Below are positions 1 through 10,267 of a stretch of 36,499 bases of DNA, piece by piece. Source of the stretch: Nemertoderma westbladi (lineage: Eukaryota; Animalia; Xenacoelomorpha); contig JAUCBJ010004650.1 of assembly GCA_032718475.1 (NCBI GenBank), positions 1 through 36,499 of the forward strand, in the 5' to 3' direction. Below the pieces are notes generated by a model. It was not told the DNA's origin. It did not search any database and saw only the letters and a list, made by a program, of their open reading frames with translations. The translations under genes and the position numbers were made by a program. Positions within the stretch are counted from its first letter, which is position 1, and every line of letters starts with the position of its first letter.

Positions 1-826
1 TTCACACAATTTTATACCACTTCGCTCTGAACTCACTCTATCCTCACTCCACTCTAACCCTTGTGGACCCTATCGCCCCTTACTCTCTCTCTTACAACTC
101 GCTCCCCACATTTGAATTGCACTCCTCTTGTTTCCACGCACGTCAACACCTCCTCTCTATATTTCCCCCCGATTCCCCATTCTCGTTTTCATTCTCCATA
201 CACTTATTGGGTCCCACACATGTGTGCACCATGTTAGTGGGATCCATCTAAGTCTCGTCCTGCCATTCTAGTCAATTAGTCCCCAGTCCCAGTAGCTAAT
301 TGGAAAAAGGTTGAACTTAACTACGGTACATATTGTATAATATATATATATATACGAGTTATATATAACAATTAATTATTATCCAATTATACATTATATA
401 TATTATATTATATGCTCGTCTACATGACGCGCCTTAACCCCCCTGCTCGGAGGTGATATGACTCGTCACTCCCGGTCACACCCGCTTCAGTCTCTCTCTG
501 CCTTTCTCTTCCTTACTAACCTCTCAGCCATCACGAATTACCCCGCGCTCACCCAATAGGTGGGGCCATACAAAGGATGAATTTGAGTGAGTGCCGTTAA
601 ACAAGATGTTACAAGTTTTGTTCTGTAATGGCCTTTCTCCCTTCCTTCTTTCGTGCCAATATCCCCTAACAATATTTTAGATTTTGTTTTATCTACGTTT
701 CCCTCTGTGCTATTATTGTACCTACCTTTCTACTTGCTTCTTACTATGTACTTACTATGTATACTTACTACGTATATTACTGCCTCTATGGTATGATATA
801 TCTATATACCATATTCTCTACTCTTT

Positions 827-903
827 TACTACTAACTCTATTAACTCTACTAACTCCACTAACTCTACTGACTCTACTAACTCTACTAACTCTACTAACT
901 CTA
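827..903. repeat. 9-bp tandem repeat (ACTAACTCT)n
   Basis: About 8 near-perfect copies visible directly. Confidence 0.9.
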
Positions 904-1105
904 ATGGTATTGTGTACCCTCCTACTCCCATGGTATGTTTATATACCACACTCCCTATACTTATAACTCTAATGGTACTATGTACCCTCCTACTCCCGTG
1001 GTATGTTCATATACCACACTCCCTATACTTCTAACTCTAACTCTTATGGTATTGTGTACCCTGCTACTACCGTGGTATGTCTCTATACCACACTCCCTGT
1101 TCTCT
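899..1105. repeat. About 68-74 bp tandem repeat, 3 copies
   Basis: CTCTAATGGTA..TGTACCCTCCTACTCCC.TGGTATGT...ATACCACACTCCCT begins at 899, 967 and 1041. Confidence 0.88.
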
Positions 1106-1290
1106 AACTTCTAACTCTCCTCTTACTCTTACTAACTTCTACTAACTTTCTGACTTCTTACTTCTTACTAACTTCTACTAACTTTCTAGCTACTACTTCT
1201 TACTAACTTCTGCTAACTTTCTAACTACTACTTAGTGCTACGTACTATCTACTACTATTACTTTCTAACATTCTACTTTCTCACTTCTTA
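1105..1290. repeat. Degenerate CTAACTTCT / CTACT low-complexity repeats
   Basis: Repeated ACTAACTTCTACTAACTTTCT motifs. Confidence 0.8.
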
Positions 1291-1352
1291 ATTTTATAAT
1301 TTTATAATTTTATTTTTTTTATATTTTGTTTGGGAAGGGCGTCTCACCCTCA

Positions 1353-1365
1353 TTCCCACCCCCTC
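1353..1365 (-). promoter_or_regulatory. Candidate polypurine tract
   Basis: Minus strand reads GAGGGGGTGGGAA followed directly by TG, about 25 nt after the integrase stop codon. Confidence 0.55.
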
Positions 1366-1389
1366 AGTCCAACATATTGGACGACTAAA

Positions 1390-2804
1390 CTATGGTGCCC
1401 CTTCTAACAGGCAGCACTTTCCTACAGCCCTCCTGTAGGTCTTCCTGTCCTTTGCTCCTATCTTGCCTCCTATCCTCACTTCCACCGACCGGACTCTTCT
1501 GTCCTCATCGGGGTAAGTATCTACCACTTTCGTTAGCCTCCACTGGTTATTGATGATTGTGTCGTCAGTGACGATCACCAAGTCGCCTTTCTTCAACTCC
1601 CTAGTGGCGTTTCTCCACTTACTCCTCCTGTGTAATGTGGGGAGGTAGTCCTCTACCCACCTTCTCCAGTACTCGGCGCTTATCGCCTTGGCGACTTTCC
1701 AACTCTGTCGGGAGTGTATGTCGTCTGGGTCTACACCCCGCATGTCGATGGTCGCCGGCCTTTCCATCAGAAAGTGGCCCGGTGTTAGCATGTCTAGTGA
1801 TTCTGGGTCGTCATTCTCCGGATATAGCGGTCTGCTATTAATGATTCCCTCGCACTTAGCTAGCACCGTTCTTAGTATGTCTTCTGTGACCATGCGGGTA
1901 TTCATCAACTTCGTCATCAGATGCTTAGAACTACCCACAAGCCTCTCGACACATCCTAAAGTATGTGGCGCATACGGCGAACTCCTTTCCTATTTCACCT
2001 GCCGCCTCCTCATGGCCGCCCTGACATCGCCTCCCTCTAGGATGTCAAAGGCCTCTGCCAACTCGTTCTCCGCTCCCACGAAGTTGGTCCCATTGTCTGA
2101 ATAAATCACCGCGATTGTTCCACCTTTGTGGTCTCTAAATCGTTCTATGGCATTCATAAATGCCGATGCCGTAGCGTCCTGGGCGAGTTATATTCCTACC
2201 GCCCTCATGTTGTTGCATACAAAGATAATGCCGTAGCATTTCTCCATGTGTCGCATCACCCTAATCTTAATCGACCCGAACATGTCTACGCTGCAGTGCA
2301 TGAATGGTGGGTCGTGCTGTCTCACTCTACTGGCCGGTAATGGCACCATCTCCTGTACGGCCCTCTCCTTTCTCGTCCGTCGGCAGGTCTGGCACTGCCT
2401 CACTACCGCCTTCATCTTCTTCCTTAACTGTGTGATCCAGAAAGTCCTCCGTATCTCCGTGAGGGTCTGGTTGGTGCCTCCATGTAATATCGACTTGTGG
2501 GAGTCCCAAATGATCTGGTGGACTATTGGCGACCTGTTTGGGATGATAATGGGTTTTGGTGGGATGATGAGGCTGTTGTTATTCAGCACTCTGGAATTCA
2601 TCACCAGAATCCCGTCATCATTGAGTTCTGGTGACAGCGTGATGAGCTCGTTGTCCGACGAAGGTGTTGTTGTTTGCTGATGCGTTCCACTTCGTCGCCA
2701 TAGTTCTTTCTCTGTTCGTACCGTATCACGGCCTTAGCCGCTCCCTCCAGATCGATTTTTGGTTTCCACTTGGCGTCCTTGCCAACTCCCTTGAGGAAAT
2801 CCCC
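1390..2804 (-). pseudogene. BEL/Pao integrase region (zinc finger, DDE core, DUF5641-like C-terminus), frameshifted
   Basis: HKSILHGG...CQTC zinc finger and VDMFG in ORF 2188-2604; SDNGTNFVGA and SSPYAPH read in other frames between about 1950 and 2100; INSRPL, LTPGHFL, YWRRWVEDYLPTLHRRSKW and GDLVIV in ORF 1390-1938. Confidence 0.92.
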
Positions 2805-2808
2805 GAAG

Positions 2809-3088
2809 TAAAGTAAAAAAAGTAAATTTTCTTTGGCCGCTAGGCCAGGGATTACGCACAAAGTCTGACTACTTATTTCCAGTGCGGTCCCCCCAGAACT
2901 TTACTCCCTAGAGGAAACTCCAGTACTCATTTAGCTACCACTTAAGGATGCAAGGCAGAGATGCGCCCTGGCTGGTCCCTTTAAAGCATTCGTGCCGAAA
3001 CGAAAACTGCCCTGATCCATGTGAGGATCGAACCCACGACCTACATGAGATGTGAATTCAATGCAACCACTACACCAAGGTGGAACCT
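2809..3088 (-). mobile_element. tRNA-derived SINE inserted in BEL pol
   Basis: Minus-strand A box TGGTGTAGTGG (3067-3077), B box GGTTCGATCC (3025-3034) and a (TTTAC)-like tail at 2809-2830. Flanked by GAAG at 2805-2808 and 3089-3092; removing the insert restores the reading WRAF-GDFLK. Confidence 0.88.
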
Positions 3089-4454
3089 GAAGGCCCTCCA
3101 GTACACCACCAACTTCTTGGTCTTGTACCAGCTTGAGCTATAGCTGAGTAGCCAATCCGTCGGGTTGTCGAATGGCTCTTCTAATTTTGGTTGCACCTCC
3201 CTGACTTCCCTCACCATCTGACTATATATCTCTTATCCCTCTGAGTCCTCTTCCTCTCCCCCTGGTGCTACTTCCTCTGAAACCGGGTCCACCTTCTTCA
3301 TTGGTGGCCAGGCCGATCTATTGTTTCAGGAAGTGTGGCCCGTGTTGCCACAATACTTCCTTCTTTAAGAAAGTGTGGCGTGCCACGCCCCTCGATAACA
3401 AGTCTGCTGGGTTCTCGTCCGTTGGGCAATAGTGCCATCTTTCCAAGTCTGTCGTCGCCCTTATTTCGTCCACCCTATTTGCGACGAATATAGGGTATCT
3501 CGTCTTCTCGTTGTGCAGCCACCCGAGCACTAGCATGGAGTCTGTCCAGTAGTGTGTTTCCACTATGTTGGGCATAGTGTCCATCAAGTAGGCTGTGGCC
3601 CTTACTCCTAATCTTGCAGCTGTCAACTCGAATTTCGGGACCGATGCTGAATCTGGCGGCGTAGACTTTGCTTTGCTGAATGCAAGTCTGGGCTTATGAG
3701 CCCCCTTTCGTTGTACTAGGTAGAGTGCCGCTCCGTATGCTTCCAGTGATGCATCGGAGAACATGTGTAGGTCCAGATCCGTCATGTCCCCATCCGGGAA
3801 ATACCCGCGTGGCATGTTGTACGTCCCCATCTGTTCTAAACTCCCTGTCCACTTACTCCCTTGCTTGCTGATTTCTTCCGGGACCTCTGTATCCCACGCG
3901 TCCTTTAACTTATATACTTTCTTAAGTATCTGTTTCCCCGTGACTAACAGTGGGGATGCTAGGCCTAAGGGATCATATATCCTTGCTATGTACGATACAT
4001 AGCCCTTCTTTGTGTGGATGTCCGCGCCCTCCTGGCTCAGTTGATACTTGAACTCATCTGTCTCCCGGTTCCACACGATCCCCAGTGCCTTCTGCTGAGA
4101 CTCCACTCTCTTGCTCGCTATGTCCTGTCCCTTGGTTGTTGTGGGGTTATCCATGGTCGACTCTGGTCGTCTGTCCTCTATGGCTTTCATAAACTCCTCT
4201 GAGCTGGATTGGAACTTGGTCAGGCTAAACCCGGATCCCTTCAGGATGTCGCGAACCTCGTGCCCCGTATCCAGTAATTCTTTAACCGTGTTTCCAGACT
4301 CCATTCCGTCGTCTACATAGAAGCCGCGTCGAATCATATCGACCGCTTTGGCGCTATACTTCCCTTCTTTCCCCTCTACTGTATCTCTTACAGCCACAGT
4401 CGTCGTGAATGAGGACGACTTGGCCCCCATATTCTGCACCACCATCTTGTACAT
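3089..4454 (-). pseudogene. BEL/Pao RT C-terminal half plus RNase H (Pao 'peptidase A17' region)
   Basis: ORF 3318-4454 contains FYVDDG, KALGIVWN, IYDPLGLASP, LHMFSDASLEAYGA, YWTDS, FVANRV, NPADLLSRG and WQHGPHFL. A frameshift near 3320 and a stop near 3235 precede SSWYKTKKLVVYWRAF. Confidence 0.93.
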
Positions 4455-4479
4455 TGGTATTGTCAGGTAATGTCAGGTA

Positions 4480-4940
4480 CATTGGCAGGTAGTCATTTAG
4501 GCACTTGCCGTTGGTTTTAGCCGATGCGTCAACTACCATCCGCAATTTACCTTTCTTTGGATCTAAAGCCACATGAAGTGGCAGGTAGTAGGTCCTGTCC
4601 GTGTTCGGTTCGTCAACTGGCAACTCCACGGCCCATCCTTTCTTGACGTACTTGTTTATCGTCTTATGGATGTACTCATCCTTTTCGGGGCTCCGTTTCA
4701 GCGTTTGCTTCAGTTTGCGAAGCCTCGTGAGTACCATCCTCTTGTTGTCAGGCAACGGTAGCTTCGGCTGTTTCCACACCATGCCTATGGTGTACCGTCT
4801 CTCCTCGCATCTAATCGACTCCTTCACACTTTGTACCGCTTGTTTATCCTCTACCGAGGTTCCGACCCCGGTTTCCTTTAGTCCCTCAAAGTCCTGTCTC
4901 AGCAGTCTCCTAAGCTGCTCCTCCGCTCCTTCATGTTGTT
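4480..4940 (-). pseudogene. BEL/Pao RT N-terminal part
   Basis: SVEDKQAV..RYTIGMVWK..LPDNK..YYLPLHVA..KLRMVVDASAKTNGKCLNDYL, typical of the Pao RT N-terminus. Confidence 0.9.
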
Positions 4941-6454
4941 GCGCCCTGATACTGCCTCACGATGTCGTACGCTGGGCCTCCTGTATATACCAATAGATAT
5001 TTTAGGCCCTCCGCCTGCGTCAGGTTCTTAGTTAATATCTCGTTGCTGTACATGCGCCGAAATTGCAGGTATTCTTCCGACCTACTTCCGTCGAATTTAA
5101 TTGGCTCTAAGGGCGGTAGCTCGATTCTGGTCTTGAGCGCATCGATTAGTGTAGCCATTCCCATTGCCTGTGCTTCCAATGGGTTCGAAGGATGCTGTAC
5201 AGATTCTCCCGTTGGGTTCGGTCCGCCCGTCCGGCCTGTTGTCTTTTGTTGCGTCGGATATACCATTGGGGGTCACGGCCCCCTCCATATTTCCGTGTCG
5301 CAAGATCTGTTCTCGTCCAGGGGGTTCGATGTTCTTATTTCTGTTTGAGTGTATTGTTGATATGGTAATGGGGGAATGTCACCCTGTCCCCCCCCCCCCC
5401 CCCCCACTGGTGGTATGTTTGGTACTGGGGTTGATGTTAGTATATTGGGGCCCATACACCTATCCGCAATAGCTCTCCCTTCCCCTGGATATATGTTATG
5501 TACCTGCATATTATAATCATACTGCTGTGCTGGTACCGCTATAGGCCTATCCACTTCTGGCCTACCTACCGGTATATATGTCGCGACTTCCGGATCTAAT
5601 CCCGTTGTTCGGGCTACCCTATCGCCTACACTATCTCTCTCAGCATGGCCTATAGTATGTGCAGTAAGGCCTACAGTATGTCCTGCAGTCTTTATGTGTC
5701 CTTCCGGACCGAAGATTAACCTTCTCGAATAATCCAAGAAGTCCTCCCCGCGACTACTGCACCCTCGCTCGACAGCTATATCCCGTCGGGAAGTTTCTCT
5801 TCGATCCCCTCTCCTGTTCTCGTCCTCGTATCGTTACGTCCTGTACCCCTCTCTCGGCGTATAGTACACCTCGCCAGGCCGCGTCTCTCCGGGGCGATGG
5901 CAATCTCCCGGAGTTCGACCCCACTGACTCTCCAACTCCATCTCTACTACCGATGGCTCGCTATCCGTCCTCGCTCTCCGGTCGCTCGTAGCGATGCTTC
6001 TTCTATTCCCTTCTCTTCTTCAATCTTCAGTATAGCGTCCCCGCTCGTGAGATCTCTCGTTGACCTCCCGGTTAAACTCCACTGTTCTTCTTCCCTCTTC
6101 TGACTGGGCTCGACGTCTCGTCGCTCGCCCGCCTGCTCGCGACACTCGCCTCTTCCCTCTCTCTAGCCGGTCGGACGCCGCTGGGGATATTCGCAATCCC
6201 CCTACTATTCTCCGTCGCCGGGTGCTGCGGTTTACCTAACTCACCCCGCGCATTATCCGCCAACGCCTGTGGGACACTCTCTGCCCCCCCCCTCTCACCA
6301 CTAATCACTCGTCGTGGGGTGCCTGTAGCCCCCCCCCCTCCCGCTCGCCATCTATTACTTGACTATCTCTTACTTCGCTTCTACGCCTCTCCCTAACTGA
6401 CGCACTATTTCTACTGCAGCCGGGTCTATTCACCCCCCCCCCTCTCCCTCTACC

Positions 6455-6600
6455 ACTGCGTGGCCTGGCAGGCTCCCGTCGGGTTGACTCACCCCCGCTA
6501 CTCCCTGCCTAACTACGTGGCCTTGCAGGATCCCGTCGGGGTCTCTCACCCCCGCTACTCCTTGTGTACTAACTACGTGGCCTTGCAGGCTCTCACTGGC
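6455..6600 (-). repeat. About 57-60 bp coding tandem repeat (GHVV..QGVAGV..PDG.L), about 2.5 copies
   Basis: AACTACGTGGCCTTGCAGG and CACCCCGCTACTCC recur; the repeat is visible in the ORF 6430-7059 translation. Confidence 0.8.
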
Positions 6601-7269
6601 CGGACCATCCGTGTCCCCTACATTAGTATTAATAGCCCCGTTATCAATATTATTTTCTAAATTATTTAAATTATTTGGATTATGTTCTGAATTCGGATTG
6701 TTATTTAAATTATTTTGTATATTTAGATTGGAATCTGGAATATTTTGCTCGTTTGAATTAAAATTATTATTTAGATCATTTTGCGTATTTAAATTATTTG
6801 AATTACTTTGTATATTCGAATCTAGATTATTATTTGAATTATTTTCTATATTTAAATTAGGATCGTTCGGATTTAAATTATTGTTACCGGGCAAAATATT
6901 ATTTCCTGCAATGAAAGTTTGATTAGGGTTGTCTACTACGGTACTATTAATATTAACGCCTTCTAGAGTATTATTATTACCCCCCCCCCCCCACCCCGCC
7001 CGTACGGTCACACCAGTCTTGGGTCTGTCATCCAGTCCCTGTAAGTGGGGTATTAACAAACGTTTCCATTACTTCTGGCTCCTCGTAAATACTACCCGAG
7101 CCAGCCTCACTCTCAGATAATCCCAACTGCGCCAGTTCCAGTCGGCGCTTCTGTTTGGCCTGATATTGCATAAGCCCCCTTAGCCGGGCATGCATATCAT
7201 CCCGCATACGCTTTCCCGCCCTCTCTCTTTCTCTATCCTCTCACAAACTCTGGTTCGCCAACTCTGTTT

Positions 7270-7600
7270 CTCTCGCCACCCGCTCTCTACGCTCATTCTC
7301 TACTCTTGCTTCTCGCTCTCTATGTTCGTTCATCTCTCTCATCTCTCACTCCTTACGCTCATTCTCTACTCTCGTCTCTCGCTCTTTACGCTCATTCTCT
7401 ACTCTTGTCTCTCGCTCTTTATTTCTCACTTCTCGTTCTTTGCACTCATTCTCCACTCTCGTTTCTCGCTCTTTATCTCTCACTTCTCGTTCTTTGCGCT
7501 CATTCTCCACTCTAGTTTCTCGCTCTTTACGTTCCTCCTCTACTCTCATTTCTCGCTCCTTAAGTTCCTCTGCCTCTCTCTCTTCTTGCTCTCTACAATT
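7270..7600 (-). repeat. Coding tandem repeats giving an E/R/K coiled coil (ERKERETRVEN)n
   Basis: Repeated CTCGCTCTTT..CTCATTCTC units; ORF 7346-7750 translation. Confidence 0.85.
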
Positions 7601-8812
7601 TCTCGCTACCCTCTCGGCCCTCTCTCTACACTCCCTTGCCAACTCCCTCTCTTTCTCTAACAGCGCAGTTCCATCATCCAACTGCCTCTCTAATTCTTTC
7701 TGGTCTAGCGCCACCATGTCTAATTGACATGCCAGATCTATCTCTAACACCCTTCTTGCTTTCGCGGAGGATGTAGCGGACTTATCGGTCGCGACGGACT
7801 CCCGTCGCCTCTCTGTCCTACTGATTTTCCCCGCTTTCTGGGGTTCTTGCTAACCGACGAGACTGAATCCTTGGGGTTAACCTCGGGTTCGCCCTCATGC
7901 GGATCTGCCCAACCCACTAACTTAATTCCCCTAGCATCCACTAAATATGGCCCTATGTACACCACTTCAGGCTCCATAACCCCGGATCGCCACAGTTCGA
8001 ATAGTTCGGTGGCGACCCCCCTCAGTCTCTCACTCGTCAATTTTCCCTGCCTGAAACGGACTAGATATCTGAAATGTTTATTCGACTCACCTACCCGCTG
8101 GCTCAACTTCCCCTGGTTTACCTTCTCTCCCTCTTTGGCCTCCCTCAACAATTTCTTGGTGGCGTTGTAGGCCCGTCGAAGCCGATCGCTGGTCCCGACA
8201 TCCTCTTCACCGACATCTCCTCCTCCTCTTCTGGTTCGGCGTCGTACTTGCGGCCCCACTGTCGCCGTTCCGGTGGGCCGTCCGTCACCCTCGGCCTGTG
8301 GCTGGCCGGCGACTTCGGTATTCCGACCGCTGTCGTGCGTCGACTCGTCCCTTCCTCGTGGTAGATGGCCGCCCTCCGCTTGGGCTGCCGGATCGTCTCT
8401 CGTCGGCGAATCTGGCATCGCGGGTCGATACCGTCGCATCGTGGCCTCGCGGATCGTTTGATTGGTGTCGTCCGGGGTCCACGGCGTGTCCTCCTCTCCC
8501 TCTGATAGTTGGGGTCCTCCTGTGCTCATCTTTATTCTTCACTCTGCAGTCACAGTTTATAGTGGTTGGGGTAATCTTAACTGTGACGGGATCAAGGGAT
8601 CCCGACCGGTTAAATAGACCACGCGTCACCGTAGTAGTGAAATAAATAAGGGTTTGTTCTGTTGTTGTTATCTCTCTGATACTTTCAATGTTAATACTGA
8701 ATATAGGTGACTGAATAATAGCACAATGAAGGGCGCGCACAATGAAGGGCAGTGTATGCTGACAGTTGTATAGGGTACCGGTATGTGGATATATTGGTGA
8801 CAGTGAAGATTG

Positions 8813-9131
8813 TCACTGGTCTGCACTAAAAACCAATAACTGAATATCTGATTTACAGACCAGTAGCAGGATAATATATATATGCATAATTACTACACTG
8901 CTGTGGCCTCTTAACCTAGTGGATGCTTCCCTCGCCCCTATTGGCTGATAATCTACTTCACGCCTCTCCCCTCTCTGGGAGTGTTTCCCCCTGCTGTTGG
9001 CCCCTGCTGGTTGTTTCCCCTCCCGAGGTGATTTGACCTCTAACCTCCCTTTGTGTGGCTTTGGGGTTTGTGTTCTCCCCAGTGTTGGTTGTGATACGAG
9101 ATTGGTAATAACCAATCTCGTACCTCCAACA
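8813..9131 (-). mobile_element. Candidate LTR-like segment upstream of gag; inner boundary uncertain
   Basis: Minus strand begins TGTTGGAG at 9131, then a GC/purine-rich block, CCAAT and a TATATATA run (8873-8883). Composition shifts to LINE sequence beyond about 9135. No second copy in the window. Confidence 0.45.
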
Positions 9132-9189
9132 TATTACTGAAAATGTGCCACTTCTCATTTATGAGGGTAATGCAGCGGAACAGAATCCG

Positions 9190-9695
9190 CTTACAGACAT
9201 ACTGTTTTCGTAAGGATTTCTGGGCAATATGCCTCTTGCCTGATTCCTTGTGGGCTTTTATTATATTCTTGATAGTAACAATGTGTTGGCAGGCTGTATT
9301 ATTCGAGGTGGTAGTTATTATAAATTTATTATAGGATTCTAGATCCCTTCCTATAATAAATTTATTATATTCTGGTATATTGAATCGGTGAACTGGTCTT
9401 CATCCATTGACTGAAGTACTTCAAAGCGGTTTTGAAGTTTTACTGTGTGTGTAAGCATAAATACTGCGTTGTCAGTTCTGAGTTTCTCCCAGTCATAGTT
9501 GATACGCTTGCTTGTCCTGGGTTTGCTGGCTCTTAAACTGAGTCTGAAGTCACGATTCTATGGTCCGAACTAATTAGGTTGAACGAACTGTATGCCTCGC
9601 AGTTAGTCATGCTGTTTCTCCACTTTTTGTTTATAAGGATATAAACCAGCTGTGCTTTGGTTTAATTAGGGTATTGAAAGGTCCATAGCTTCTAT
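9190..9695 (-). mobile_element. RTE-clade LINE fragment (C-terminal APE endonuclease and linker)
   Basis: Manual minus-strand translation: KLWTFQYPN*TKAQLVYILINKKWRNSMTNCEAYSSFNLISSDHRIVT ... RLSLRASKP..NYDWEKL ... LQNRFEVLQ..IYQNII/KAHKES. Includes the SDH motif; stops and frameshifts present. Confidence 0.85.
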
Positions 9696-10267
9696 AGCAG
9701 CTATAAGTATGACGTTGATAATTAAACTGTTTGTTGAAGACTTTCGTTTCAAAGTTTTTCTCTTAATAAATGACTATTAACATTGACGTGATTTGTGCAT
9801 GGGTTAGCAGTGGTTGTTAACCAGATTAGAGAATTAAATTCAGTTTTGAAAATGTCAAGCTTTGTTTATTTGAATAGGAAAACAACCAAACTTATTCATG
9901 TTTTTTGTTTACAAACTGTTGAAAAGTGCTGTTATTCAAAATTTCAAAAAAAGTACATTTTGAAATATCATGTGCGATTCAATGTGGGTCAAACGCGATT
10001 CTACTTAATATTTTTATTCTTATTTCATAATTTTCGATGACTAGAAGGAGTTTAATGTAGGGAAAATGGAATATAAAATTTTTTTCGGAAAATTTTATAT
10101 TTTCGAATACGCAATTTCGAAAATGTTAAATTTAAATGTGCCGGGGTTAAAAATTAGTTTGATAAAATTTAGTTTTGACCAATCCTCCTAAAATTTGGTT
10201 CTACAAAAACTTTTAATAGGGAAAAGTTGAAATTCGAAAAAAAGTTAAATTTGACCCCCTATGACCG

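Larger units (their letters stand above)
4931..8529 (-). pseudogene. Long frameshifted gag-like region: disordered N-terminus, E/R coiled coil, Asn-rich tract and truncated DUF1759-like domain
   Basis: Successive minus-strand ORFs 7744-8529 (ATG start), 7346-7750, 6430-7059, 6072-6308, 5273-5737 and 4931-5266. The last contains RIELPPLEPIKFDG..EYLQF..LKYLLVYTGGPAYDIV, the BEL gag signature. Confidence 0.72.
1353..9131 (-). mobile_element. Decayed BEL/Pao-family LTR retrotransposon; boundaries approximate and LTR pair not identified
   Basis: Minus-strand ORF fragments in BEL/Pao order: gag-like (LPPLEPIKFDG), RT (FYVDDG), RNase H (FSDAS, YWTDS, NPADLLSRG), integrase zinc finger and core, C-terminal LTPGHFL domain. 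A purine tract follows the last stop codon. Confidence 0.93.

Noticed and set aside
1-250. Minus-strand gag-like reading frame (MDPTNMVHTC...)
   Set aside because: Two in-frame stops, truncated by the window edge and no recognisable domain.
684-1034. Hydrophobic plus-strand ORFs (684-1034 and 757-966)
   Set aside because: By-products of low-complexity tandem repeats.
3010-3088. Functional tRNA gene on the minus strand
   Set aside because: It has A and B boxes only and is the head of the SINE inserted in pol.
8603-8621. Primer-binding site TGGTCTATTTAACCGG (minus strand)
   Set aside because: Only a loose resemblance to a tRNA-Tyr-type PBS, and it is not preceded by an LTR-terminal CA.
1635-8645. 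Numerous plus-strand ORFs opposite the retrotransposon
   Set aside because: Antisense shadows of the BEL coding strand with no recognisable motifs.
9700-10267. Possible DNA-transposon relic and ORF 9795-10040
   Set aside because: AT-rich with no terminal inverted repeat pair, TSD or protein motif that I can support.
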